Source: Mustelus asterias (Eukaryota). Taken from it: a DNA stretch of 64,000 nt. The notes beneath the pieces are model-generated. The model had not been told where the DNA came from, searched no databases, and was given only the letters and a program-made list of their open reading frames with translations. The position numbers and the translations under genes were made by a program. Positions 36,141-48,839 of the stretch are shown in pieces. Within the stretch, counting starts at the first letter, position 1; every line of letters begins with the position of its first letter. The stretch covers positions 1,116,001 to 1,180,000 of the forward strand of contig NW_027590119.1 in NCBI RefSeq assembly GCF_964213995.1, given 5' to 3'.

Positions 36141-37020
36141 CCTGAAATTTTGTAGATATTCCAGTGATAGTTGGAAGAAGTCCATGCTGACTCTCTGTAC
36201 ATCAATCCACTCAGTCCCATTTCCCCTCCATAACTCTTTTCCCTTTTTAATTTCTTCACACCTATCTGATTTATTTTTCAAATCATTGATCATTTCTGAT
36301 TCCACCATGCACAGAAGCAGTGAGGTCAGGTTGTGACAACTCGTGAATAAAATTGTTCTTCACATCTCCTTTCTATTGCTGATCAAATAATATGTTTAGT
36401 AATGTGGACATTGGCTAGTAGCCTGTATGAAGATTTTCAGGTCTCTTTGTACTGGACGGGAGCATAGGTCTGTCAATCAGCCTGAATCAGCACCTTCAGG
36501 AGAATTGGGAGGGTGTATATTAGGTACAGCAGAGTGAGATTGGAGGGAGAGTGTGTGGGACGGAGATTTACAACCTTAGGGAATGAGAAAGTAAAGAATA
36601 TTCCATGGAAACTAGAATTGTCTGTTTTGAATTTCAGTTCTATACTTACACTGATAACTTCGATAAACAGGATATTAGAAGGAGAGAATTTACAGACTGA
36701 AATCTCACACCAAACGTCACAACAAGATGTTACAAAGTCACTGGATTCATCAGGACCTGAATATAATTGCCGTTTGAATGTATGAGAAGAAATGTTTGTT
36801 TGTTCTGTCTGTGGGAAAAGATTTCAAACATCAGTGTGACTGGACAAGAATGGAGACCCCACACACCTGAGTGAGAGTGTTCCAGTGAACTGACTGTGGA
36901 AAGAGCTTCAACCAGTAACACAGCCTGAAAAACATCACCCCATTCACAGCGAGGAGAAACTGTACATACGTTCTGTACTTGGATGTGGAATCAACTGATT
37001 ATCAAAAGGACACTGGCACC

Positions 37021-38031
37021 ATGGAGAGACCATGGAAGTGTGGGGACTGTGGGAAGGGATTCCAGTGCTCATCTGCACTGGACACACATCGACGAGTTCG
37101 TACTGGGGAGAGGCCGTTCATCTGCTCCGTGTGTAGGAAGGGATTCAGTATATCAACCACCCTGCTGAGACACCAGCGAGTTCACTCTGGGGAGAGGCCG
37201 TTCACCTGCTCTGTGTGTGGGAAGGGATTCACTCAGTTATCCACCCTGCTGAGACACCAGCGAGTTCACTCTGGGGAGAGGCCGTTCACCTGCTCTGTGT
37301 GTGAGAAAGGATTCACTCAGTTATCCAGCCTGCTGACACATCAGCGAGTTCACACCGGGGAGAGGCCTTTCACCTGCTCAGACAGTGGGAAAGGATTCAG
37401 TGATCGTTCCACCCTGTGAAGGCACCAGCGAGTTCACCCTGGAGAGAGGCCGTTCCCTTGCTGTGTGTGTGGGAAGGGATTCAGTCATTCATCCACCCTG
37501 CAGACACACCATGTCACTCAAACGAATGGGAGACCGTTTAAATGCTCAGACTGTGGGCGTAGCTTCAAAAGCTCTCAGACTCTGATGGGCCACCAGCGCA
37601 TTCACACTGAGGACAGACCGTTGAGTTGCTCTTACTGCGTGAAGAGACTTAGAACATCATCCCAACTGCTAATACACCAGCGAGTTCACACTGGGGAGAC
37701 ACCCTTCACCTGCTCTGTGTGCGGGAAGGGTTTCAGTCATTCATCCACCCTGCTGGCACACCAGCGAGTCCATACTGGGGAGAGGCCATTCACTTGCTCT
37801 GACTGTGGGAAGGGATTCACTCAGATCTCCAATCTGCTCACACACCAGCGAGTTCACACTGGGGAGAGGCCGTTCACTTGCTCTGACTTTGGGAAGGGAT
37901 TCACTCAGATCTCCAATCTGCTCACACACCAGCGAGTTCACTCTGGGGAGAGGCAGGTCAGCTGCTCCCAGTGTGGGAATAGATTTAAACGGTCGTCTCA
38001 CTTGCTGAGACACCAGCGAATTCACAAGTGA
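37021..38031 (+). pseudogene. C2H2 zinc-finger gene I, 12 finger units, one in-frame TGA
   Basis: ATG 37021 MERPWKC; TGA 37417-37419; same frame continues to HK* at 38031; fingers 1, 5 and 11 have lost a zinc ligand. Confidence 0.88.
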
Positions 38032-38194
38032 TTACAGGAGTTGGATTCTGCTGTTAATCACATCCAGGACTGAACCATGTTTACTCTGACAGTGTAAGCC
38101 CTTCAGAGGGCTTCTGTCTGCTCACTGTCTGGTCTCATGGCTTTCCTTCAAGTGGGCTGATGTTATTTGAGCCAGGGAGAGCACATTTCCACCA

Positions 38195-38530
38195 GGGTGG
38201 CGTGATGGCAGAGTGGTTAGCACTGCTACCTCACAGAGGCAGGAAACCCGGGTTCCATTCTGGTCTTGGGTCACTGTCTGTATGGAGTTGCACATTCTCC
38301 CCGTATCTGTGTGGGTTTCCTCTGGGTGCCTAGATTTTGTCCCACAGTCCGAAGATGGTTGGGTGGATTAACCGTGCTAAATTGTCCCTTTGTCACCAAA
38401 GATATTGAGGTTGTGTGGGTTACAGGGAGAAATGGGTGAGAGGGCTTGGGTAGGATACTCTTTTTAGAGAGTCGGTGCAAACCCGATGGACCAAATGGCC
38501 TCCTTCTGCACTGTCGGAGTTCTTTTATGA
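38195..38530 (+). mobile_element. tRNA-derived SINE (HE1-like)
   Basis: Degenerate SINE head, core and tail. Confidence 0.8.
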
Positions 38531-38584
38531 TTCTAAATGATCCACATCTCTAGGTAGATCTAAAATACATTTGGTTGACGTTCC

Positions 38585-38965
38585 ATTGAGTCTACAGCAC
38601 AGGGCAAGGCCGATCGGCTCAATAGGTCTGTGTCAGTATTGATGTTCCACCTCTTCATCTCCCCCCATCAGCATATCCTTCTATTCCTTTCTCCCTCATG
38701 TATGTATCCAGCTTCCCCTTCAATGTATTCACGCTATTGACCTCAACCAATCGCTGTGGTCGTGAGTTCCACATTCTTGTCACCTTCCTTATTCCTGGAA
38801 CCATTCTGATAAATCTCTTCTCCACCTTCACAAGGACCCTCACATCCTTCCTAAAGTGTAATGATCAGAACTGGGCTCCGTATCCTGTTGTGGCCTCACC
38901 CACAGCTTTAGAAACTATCAGTGTAACTTCCTTGCTTTTGTTCTCAATTCCTCGATTTCTGAAAC
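38585..38965 (-). mobile_element. CR1 3' fragment
   Basis: KRFIRMVPG..RMWNSRPQRLVEVNS; inverted paralog of 12740-12955 (3' flank of gene C). Confidence 0.7.
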
Positions 38966-41149
38966 CCAAGACCCCAGATAATGGAAACAGGAACATCAGA
39001 CTGTTTTGCTAGAATGTAAAATGCGTTTTAACAACATTCTTAAAATGGCTAAAGAAAATTTTGACCAATGAAGGAATGAGTTGTTGACACAAACAGAAAC
39101 CATTTTGACCTTGCTCTCTCCAAAAGAGAATCCAGAATGTTTGAGTCTGGGAAATGAAATTAAAAATGAAGCTCCAGCTATAACTGAGCTGGAAGAAGAC
39201 AGTTTCAATGTGGAATTGAGTGGAATTTTCTCTCTGGATTTAAACAATGGAGGAACTGCAAACATGGAAGAAAATAAATTTCAAAATGTGAACTCTGAAC
39301 AGACTGTTTTCAAAATAGAACTTGAAAATTCACAAATGAACAGCAATGAAGACTCTCCTTTTGCAGGAGGAACTTTGGACTATAATTATTGAAAGAAGAA
39401 AAGTTTCAGAAAAGACTGCAAGCAGTAATTTCCATCTTCAGTGGACTGAGATTTCTGGACATGGAACCCAGCAGTGTGCTGTTACCAAGCTGGACTTGTG
39501 ACTGTGAAGTGGACAATGGAGGGATTATTATGTCTATTGCAGGTTATAAGATAGATCAACATAGGAAAACAGTGGATTTAGGAACAGGAGGATGCCATTT
39601 GGCCCTTCGAGCCTGCTCCACCATTCAATAAGATCATGGCTGTTGTTAAGATATACAGCATGTTGTATATTGTAATATTCTAACTGGGATATTATGAAGG
39701 TGATACATTTCCATTTCTTCCTGTTTTTGTTACAAAAATCTAATTTCATAATTCCTATGTTTTAGAAATATGAATTAGTTGCAAGAATTGCTTTTAAAAA
39801 ATGGAAAACTTGGATTGAGAATCTGATGAAAACACCCTCAGGGAATTCGCAGTCACAAAGCATGGTCCATGTTGGTTTAAGAAGTCAAAACTCGAGAGGT
39901 AAGAACTGTAAAAGGTCAGCTGGATCTTTTAGCTGGAGACATTGAGTCTGACAATTATTGTACTGTTTTTGTCAGGTGAATTCTTCATGCAGACCTCAGG
40001 GAAAAAGGGTTTAGTTTTGAAGCTAAATATCTGTCAGATATTCCACCTGGTCTCTGTTACCATGGGGATATGTGATTGAGGGTGGAGCCTTGGTTAGAAT
40101 TAGACCATAAGATATAGGAGCAGAATTAGGCTATTCGGCCCATCGAATCTGCTGTGCCATTCGATCATGGCTGATAAATCTCAATCCCAGTCTCCTGCCT
40201 TTTCCCCGTAACCTTTGAGTCCTTTCCAATCAATGACCTGGTTCCACAGATAGACAGCGGACAGTCTGCAGTTAGCTTGGAAGCCACCAGTTGTGGGACC
40301 AGGAGCTGTGAACCAGCTGTGGGACTAGAAGCCTCGAGGACCATTAGAAACCAGGGGTGTTTCCAACATTTAAATCCCTCAGCAAGAATGCAGTGAAGCT
40401 CATGTTTGGACTGAGGAGTCCACAGTTTGAGAGCTTAAAGGAAAATTGGAGGCTTGTTTCGTGAAAAGATAATGGATGGACTCACATAAACTCTTGGAGC
40501 TTGGAGAATATCTGGAGTACTGGGGAGAATTAAAGTGAATTGTGGAGAGCTTTGACATACCTTTGGGAGGTCCTAGGAACAGAAGTGAATGAACCTTCAA
40601 GATATCATTAAGTATAAAGAAACTCTTGGGGTGAGGTAAAAAAATAGAACTAGGTTTATATCATAAATCTTTATTGAGTGTAGTATTCAATTTGTAGTGT
40701 TGTCTTTTTAAATTTTATTTAAACATACAGTAAAGTTTGTTTTTGTTTAACAATGTGGAATCTTGTGATGTAATTCTTTCAGTTAATCACTGGGTGTTCG
40801 AATTTCTCTGCAAACGTTAACAGTCCTGACCGGGATCGCAAAAATTCACACAAACAGTGTTTCAAAACAAATCGAAGAGAAAGATGTTTTTTCTTCTTCA
40901 GTACAAACGTTACACATGAAGAAACCCTCTTCTGGTATCTCCAATAATTTGTTGCTTCGAGCAATTCTTTTCATGGAACAATCAGATAATTGATGACTGA
41001 AAATGGAACTAATTGTATCCCTTTAAAGCAGGAGGGCGATCGCCCGGCACAGAGGGTAATTAGGGATTTCTCCCATAGACCAATTGACAGGGATTCTACC
41101 CTCCAACCACCTGAAGTGAATTCTTTACATGAATCATCCGTGCCAGTGC

Positions 41150-41656
41150 AGTTATCAACTTGCAGTTTGGTTGATCAGAAAATGCTTTGTTGCTGAATTT
41201 CCTTGTGTTAGGAAGTGACAATGCCAAGGCCAGATCTTGTTTCCTCCTTGATCGGGATGTAACCCGTGTCCACATCGCCACTTCATTCTTCCACTGGTTG
41301 TATGGTTCAGACTCCGAGAGCATCAGCAGGTAATCAGACCCTGACAATTCCCACTGCCTTTCAGTCATTTCTCACAAAAGCTGCTGGGATTGGAAGCTTC
41401 TGTCTGAAATATACTTTCTTTTAGTTTCCAACCTTCACCATTAGACAAGCATTTTGTGTTACCATGTTATAATCCTGACAGCCTTGGGGTGGAGTCAATC
41501 TTTATTTTGTCTAGATTTGTTCACAGAATCAAACATTACAGGTTCAACTCTGACTCCAAGCTATATTAGTGAGTCCCACTTTTTACCTGCTCATTATAAC
41601 TATCTAATCAGTGCCCTCCATCTGAATAAACTTCACCTCTATTGATATAATTAACA
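41150..41656 (-). mobile_element. LTR retrotransposon 5' end: 192-bp LTR (41465-41656), PBS-like TGGT, gag-like fragment
   Basis: TGTT..AACA ends, minus-strand AATAAA at ~41501, TGGTAAC immediately after, then a decayed ORF PYNQWKNEVAMWTRVT..LALALSLP. Confidence 0.6.
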
Positions 41657-42620
41657 GCCACAGTCAGAGCATCCAAAAGGTCACTAATGGGTGTGACTGC
41701 CACGGTGTCTCAGCAGCTTGGGTGAACAAGTGAATCCTTTTCCACACACTGAGCAGGTGAATGGTCTCAGTTTGGAAACTAAGGGAAAATAAAATTTCAG
41801 GCAGAAGCTTCCAATCTGGTAGGTTTTATGAGAAATCGCTGAAAGTGAGTGGGAATTATCAGGGTCTCTCCCCAGTGTGAATTCCCTGATGTTTCAGGAG
41901 GTCAGATGATGTTCTAAACCTCTTTGCACAGTGAGAGTGCCTGAACGGGGTCTCCTCAGGGTGAATGCGCTGGTCGACCCTGAGGTAGGCTCAGGTTTTA
42001 AAGCAGCTCCCACAGTCAGAGCATTGAACAGGTTTCTTATTGGGGTCAGTGCCTCAGTATTCCAGCAGACTGGATGATTGACTGAGTCACTTCACACACA
42101 CACATCAGATGAATGGCCTTTCCCCAGTGTGTAATCCTTTGTGTCTCAGCAGACTAGATAATTGAGTGAATCCCTTCCCACACTCGGAGCAGATGAATGG
42201 CCTCGGCCCAGTGTGAATGCGTTGGTTTGTCAGTGGGAGGGATGAGTGAGTGAATCCCTTCCCACGCTCTGAGCAGGGGGACAGTCCCTCACCCGTGTGA
42301 AATCGCTGGTGGTTCTGCAGGGTAGATGACTGAGTGAATCCCTTTCCACACACACAACAGGTGAATGGTCTCTCCCCATTGTGAACCCGCTGGTGTGTCA
42401 GCACGGCAGACGAATCGCTGAATTTCTTCCCACACTCAGAGCAGTTGAATGGCCTCTCCCTGATGTGAAGTCGCTGGTGATTCCTCAGGGTGGATGAATC
42501 ACGAAATCCCCTTCCAAACTCAGAGCAGGTGAACGGTGTCTCCACAGTGTGGCTGCATCGAAGGGTTTCCAGCTTCTAGGGACAATTGAATCCCTTCCCC
42601 CAGTCCCTACATTTCCATGG
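41657..42620 (-). pseudogene. Heavily decayed C2H2 zinc-finger pseudogene J
   Basis: PWKCRD start relic at ~42620; finger ORF 42105-42545; stops, frameshifts and an insertion at 41768-41862; acceptor ~42966, donor GTGAGG at 44206; promoter replaced by CR1. Confidence 0.85.
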
Positions 42621-43656
42621 TCTGCGTGTCTTTGTACATCTCCAGGTTCAGATGAAGGTTTGACCCCACAGATAACACATACATGGTCTCTCCTCACTGT
42701 GAATCCTTCAATCTTTTCCAGGCTGTGTAACTGGTTAAAGCTCTTTCCACAGTCAGTTCACTGGAATACTCTCACTCGAGTGAATGTGTCTCAGTGATTT
42801 TCTAGTCACACTGATGTTTAAACAGTTTGAAGGAACAGACAAACATTTTCCATTCTAGTTTCAAATGCCGATGGTATTCAGATCCTGAATAATTGGGTGA
42901 CTCTGTCAGGTCCTAACGTCATGTTTGTTGAGATTTGTGTCTGTAAATTCTCCCCTTCTAGTAGCCTGTGAAAGAAATTCACAAGAACCATTGCTGCCAG
43001 TCCAGGATAAAAACTCAGAATAGACAATTCTGGTTTCTGTGAAACATTCTTTCCTCTCATCCTTGAAAATTTGTAAATCTCCATCCCAAACACTCTCCCT
43101 CCATTCTCACTTTGCTGGACCTGAAATAGACATTGTCCTGAGGGTGCTGATTCATCCTAATCGACAGATCCGTGCTGACTGTTTCATGTACAGGACACAT
43201 ATTCCTGAAATCTTCACACAGGGTTGTGTCTAAGCATATAGAAAATTTGCATATTTAGTGGACTAAAAATGTATGCAATATTCAGCACTCTATTACATGA
43301 TTAGAGATACAGATGGGTGCGGAAGAACATGACTTGGGGAGCAAGCAATCATGTTCTGGAACTCACTGACAATGAGAGTGGTGGAAGTGGAGACGACCAG
43401 TGATTTCAAAATAAATTTGGTCAGGCACTTGAAGGAATTAAACGTACTGGGGAACAGGGATATCGAGGAAAAATGGCACTGAGTGGATTCCCCGACAGAG
43501 ACTTGGCACAGAGTCAAGCTGCTGAATTGATTTATCTTGTGCTCTGCTGACTCTCTGACTGGAAAATATACAGAGTAGTTACAATACTATTCTGGAATTA
43601 AACACAATCAACTGTAATACAAATCCATAAATAACAAACCTAATATGCACCATATA

Positions 43657-43857
43657 GTAAGAAGTCTCACAACACCAGGTTAAAGTCCAACAGGTTTATT
43701 TGGAATCACAAGCTTTCAGAGCGCTGCCCCTTCATCAGGTGAGAAGGAGCAGCGCTCTGAAAGCTTGTGATTCCAAATAAACCCATTGGACTTTAACCAG
43801 GTGTTGTGAGACTTCTTACTGTGCCCACCTCAGTCCAACACCGGCATCTCCACATCT
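43657..43857. mobile_element. Penelope-like fold-back element with hammerhead-like core
   Basis: ~85-bp inverted arms; TSD TATGCACCATATA at 43644-43656 and 43858-43870. Confidence 0.75.
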
Positions 43858-44221
43858 TATGCACCATATAACAACACCAGACATATCAATGTTGTTACGA
43901 TCCTCATGGTCACCTTATAATAAACAAATTCCCACAAATCCCAATGGAATAAACTGAAAGACAATGTTTCATTTTTTAAAAATTTTACTTTAAAAATTAA
44001 TCTAAAATTAACATCACTGAATCATGCATTAAGAAACAGTATTTGAATAGACAGGATAAATTACACTTTACAAAGTTCAGACAATAAAAACAGGTTCCAC
44101 AAAATCACAAACATTTTCTCCCTCAGTATATTTAGCTCTCATTCCAGTTCCAGAGAATTTCTCTGTCTCTGTATTTCCCAGGAGAGAAAGAAAGTGTTTT
44201 CCTCACAGATGTGCCCAGAGG

Positions 44222-44428
44222 ATGAAGTTTGAGTCTGTGGTGAAGTTTGAGTCTGTGTGTGAAGTTTAAGTCTGTGGTGAAGTTTGAGTCTGTGGTGAAG
44301 TTTGAGTCTGTGGTGAAGTTTGAGTCTGTGGTGAAGTTTGAGTCTGTGTGTGAAGTTTGAGTCTGTGGTGAAGTTTGAGTCTGTGGTGAAGTTTGAGTCT
44401 GTGGTGAAGTTTGAGCCTGTGGTGAAGC
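44222..44428. repeat. Minisatellite, 11 x 18-19 bp, in exon 1 of gene J
   Basis: Same unit as 2162-2335; flanks 43870-44505 are a direct paralog of 1805-2410. Confidence 0.95.
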
Positions 44429-44505
44429 TACAAACAGAAGCTGTGCTGTTTCAAATCAAACTGCGGGACTTGGAAGAAAATGCTGGGAAGAGATTTTGCA
44501 ATCCT

Positions 44506-45050
44506 CCCAGGCAGCGTACTCCAGACTGTCACCGCCCTCTGGGTAAACAGGCTTTCCTCACATTCCCCCGAAACCTCCTGTCCCTCACCTAGAACCTATT
44601 TTGCCTCATGACTGACCCTTCAATTAAGGGGAATAGCTGCTCTTTATCCACTCTGTCCGTGTATCTCATAATCTTGTACACCTCGATCAGGTCGCCCCTC
44701 AGTTTTCTCTGCTCCAACGAAAACAAGCCAAGCCTACCCAACCTTGCTTCATAACTTAAATGTTCTATCCCAGGTAGTATCCTGGTAAATATCTTCTGCA
44801 CCCCCTGCATTGCAATCACATCCTTCCGAGAATGTGGCGACCTGAACTGCACACGGTACTCAAGCTGTGGCCTCACCAAAGTTCTGCACAGTTCCAACAT
44901 GAGTTCCCTGCTTTTGCAACCTATGTCATGATTGACAAAGTGAAGTGTCACGTACGCCCTTTTCACCACCCTACTAACATCCCCTTCCTCTTTCAGACAT
45001 CTGTGGACAAACACGCCAAGTTCCCTTCGTTCCACAGAACACAAACTACC
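44506..45050 (-). mobile_element. CR1 fragment
   Basis: LVRPQLEYRVQF..RGDLIEVYKIM. Confidence 0.85.
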
Positions 45051-46507
45051 AAACTTGATGGTCATGTTCTTAACGAGGTCAACACGTTGATTATCAGCCT
45101 GTAAATCCTTTCGGTATTGCTGATGGCAGGTGATGGGAACGGAACCGATACCTGGTCAACGATACTGCAGAAGTCAATGACAGACCGCTGGAGTACTTTG
45201 AAATCACAGAGCGATCAAATGGACATCCATGGTCACCAATGCCCTCTTCGGGCATGGTAACTGGAAGAGGAGGAGGTGGACGACACAAGAGGCTTAGAGA
45301 GTGGACTCTATAAATCAATGTCACTCGGCAATCTGGATAACCAGGTTTGCGCAACGTTTCTCATCAGTAAACAAACCTTCTTAAAAATAACGGTGTCCAA
45401 TGATCCTTATTTGTTAACCAACAAAACCACAGTCTAGAAGTGGAAATGAATAGGGTTGGGAAGCATTTTCCGATCAGGGCCAGTGTGATCTCCTGGACTC
45501 GTTTCGATCGCCTCAGGGGGTCGGAGAGGAATTTCCCAGATTTTTTTTTCCCCATATTGGCCCTGGGGTTTTCACTCTGGGTTTTCGCCTCTCCCTGGAG
45601 ATCACATGGTCTGGAATGGGCGGGTGGGGGTGAGTTAATAGGTTGTGATGAACAAAGCATCGTAGCTGTGAGGGACAGCTCGGTGGATAGGATATTAGGA
45701 TGTAGATAGGCTGGAAAATTGGGCGGGGATCCTGGATTCAGGATTCAATCCTGGACCGGGGAGCGGCGCGGGCTTGGAGGGCCGAAGGGCCTGTTCCTGT
45801 GCTGTATTGTTCTTTGTTCTTTGTTCTTCCATTATAAGTTAATGTATGTACTTGAAACTTTGATTAAATTAACCCGCCAGGCCTGCTTCGATAGCACCTT
45901 CGAAATCCGGAATCTCTTTCATCTCTAAGGAGAAGAGGAACAGATGCACAAGAACACCACATTCTGCGGCACCACTTCAAGCCACACACCATCCTCATTT
46001 TGAACCATATCGCCGTTCCTTGCGTCAAAATTCTGGAAATCGTTTTCTGCTTAGGATTACTGGCAGAGGACAACCAATTTGAAAAGTCTGGAAGGAGAAA
46101 TGAAAGAAAGTGAGACATTACGAGTGCGAAATACAAAGCCAACTGATGGGGGGAGGACAGAAAGGAAGAGATTCAGAAATGACACAGAATGCACTGTTCT
46201 TTCAATTCATTTATATTTCCCTCGCGTGTGTTTACATAGTTGAATTGTTTGAAAACACGTCTCTCAATAAAAGACCGCTGGAGTCTGCCCATCGACAACC
46301 TTGCGCTTGCGGACAGTGTCACGTACCCTGAGTCACCGTCAGAGGGCGCAGTCGTCACATGTTTCTCCAAACTTGAAATGACACGGACAATGTCTCTGGT
46401 ACCATTGGCATACCGTTGCTATTGGCAACAAAGTCCACAGTCTATTTGTTCTGCTCTGTGTCGCCCCCTCTCTCTGGCCCACCTCACGTGTCCTGCATTA
46501 CTAAATG

Positions 46508-46715
46508 AGCGGCACGGTGGCACAGTGGTTATCATTGCTGCCTTACAGCGCAAGGAACCCAGATACAATTCCGGCCTTGGATGACTGTCTGTGCGGAGTT
46601 TGCACGTTCTCTCCGTGTCTACCTGGGTATTCTCCAGATGCTACGGTTTCCTCCCACAGTCCAAAAATTTGCAGGTTAGGTGCATTGGTCATGCTAAATT
46701 GCCCCTTAGTGTTAC
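46508..46715 (+). mobile_element. tRNA-derived SINE
   Basis: GCGGCACGGTGGCACAGTGGTTA head and core. Confidence 0.8.
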
Positions 46716-48326
46716 GGGGATTTTTTCCGAAATGTAGAGTCATAGACTCGGGGAGAAGGAAGCAGAACCACAACGGACCTCTCCTCATCAATTTTCTCAC
46801 TTCTCACTTAGCGTTTCCTTCCCAATTGAAAGTAAAGAATATGCTGTTCTCCTGACCGCTGTAACTCAGGCATTGCCATTATTCAAATGATATGAACTCT
46901 TTTTAAAAAATATTAATTGGGCGTCGGTGACAAGACAATATTTCTGTCCATCACCTTTTGTCCTCGAACCGGGCTGGGATATTTGAGAATTCGTTATATT
47001 GTTGTTATTCTGCAATCACACACATTCCAGGCCTCGCTAGGATGGCATATTTCCTTCCACAAAGTGCATTAGTGAACTAGGTGGATTTGCAGTGAAAGCG
47101 TTCCAGCACCATCAATGCGACTAGCTTTCAATATCAATTCATCACATTTAAATTTAACCTTGACTTTTCTAAATTTAAATTTTGACCATTTTTCTCCAAA
47201 ATCGAATTGAAATATAACGATTTGATATGGTGGGAATTGAACTAATTTTCCCAAAGCATTACTCTGGGCCCTTGAACTACTTGTCCAGTGACCCCCATGT
47301 TGATAATAATTAATAAGAAAAAGCGCAAGTTCTTAAAGTTGACTCTTCCCAGTACATTATATCAGAATGGGATCACAACCACACAGTGCATCGGGTTGTC
47401 TCTGAGTGGACCTTTGAAGAAACGGCAATGTCACAATTAGCTGCACCATGACAATTTCATATCCTAACCCTGCTGATTTCAGACAGTAAGAAGTCTCACA
47501 ACACCAGGTTAAAGTCCAACAGGTTTATTTGGTAGCAAATACCATAAGCTTTCGGAGCACAGCTCCTTCGTCAGATGGAGTGGATATCTGTTCTCCAACA
47601 GTGCATGGCCAGCTTTCAGGACAGCACCCACAGTACACGCTTTACATTATCTCAGGAATAATATACAGGCAACTAGACTTCATTGATTGATTTCTCTGTA
47701 CCTTCAGTAAAACAAAGAAGATTGCATGGTATTCACAGCCCATCCACCGATATCTCAACATTCGAACATAAAAATTAGGCTGCCTGCAAATCTGCTCTAA
47801 CATTCAGTCAGATTACAGTTCATCTGATTTTCCGTTTAAATCCACTTTTCTGCCTTGATCCTCTTGAACCGTGGCATACATTTTCGTTAAAATGTTGGTT
47901 TCACTCAGTTTTAAAATTATTCAGTGGCCCACAGCCTCCACCGTTCTCTGGACTCTCACTGAGACTCAGGCACTAATGCTTGGATGCTAAAATTAAGAGA
48001 ATGTGCACAGAACATTGATTGGAAATCCACCAAATGTATCAACACTCCTTGCTCCTCCGTTCCAATAACAAAATGAAGGTTTTTTTCTTGACATCCCGTT
48101 TCCAAAGCGGAACAATTCGCCCAACAGTGACACCGAATGTAGTACAGGTTGGGGAGCTTCTATTCACTGATAGTCATCTGAGCAGTTACCAATCTCACGG
48201 TGCCACTGGCGAGACACGGAACTGACGCATGAGCCTCTGAGAAATGTCGTCAGATTATTAAGGGTGGGGATTTAGAATGGGTGTCTTCAAATAACCAATT
48301 CCGCTTTCACAGAGCGGACAGAGACA

Positions 48327-48800
48327 ATGAAGATACTCGTCATTTGGATTGTGTGGGGGGCATTTCTAACAGGTATTTCTGGGCATCACGTTAGTTTTCT
48401 CATTTCCAAAACTTGGGGGGGGGGGGGGGGGGGGGGATCTTACTGTTGAGTACACATCACTCTTTTCTTTATCTATGTGAACATATTTTCCAGGTCTGAC
48501 CCATGGAGATTCTGTCACTCAGCCGCTGTCCTCAGATGTTAAGCCAGAAGGAGACGTGGTGACATTATACTGCAACTATGATACTGCAGAAACCAGCTAT
48601 TATTTATACTGGTATCGACAGCATCCAGACTCCCAGCCCGAGTACATACTGTGGAAGTACTCGGGGGGTGATGAAGATAAAGCAGATTTTGCGAAAATCC
48701 GTTTCTCGACTGACCTCCAAACCCCGAAGAAATCCATCAGTTTGACTATCTCGGATCTGCAGTTGTCTGACGCGGCCGTGTATTACTGCGCTTTCAGCCT
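48327..48800 (+). CDS. TRAV: TCR alpha/delta-type V gene segment, apparently functional (leader 48327-48372, V exon 48494-48800)
   Basis: Leader MKILVIWIVWGAFLT|G with phase-1 GT-AG intron; GDSVTQ..VTLYC..YYLYWYRQ..RFS..LSDAAVYYCAFS; TRAV versus TRDV cannot be separated by eye. Confidence 0.92.
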
Positions 48801-48839
48801 CACAGTGATGGAAAGCAGCCTGACTCCTGTACAAAAACT
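48801..48839 (+). promoter_or_regulatory. 23-bp-spacer recombination signal sequence
   Basis: CACAGTG + 23 nt + ACAAAAACT. Confidence 0.96.

Noticed and set aside
39081-39631. Acidic/Asn-rich ORFs
   Set aside because: TTG starts, no motif; probably a retroelement internal remnant
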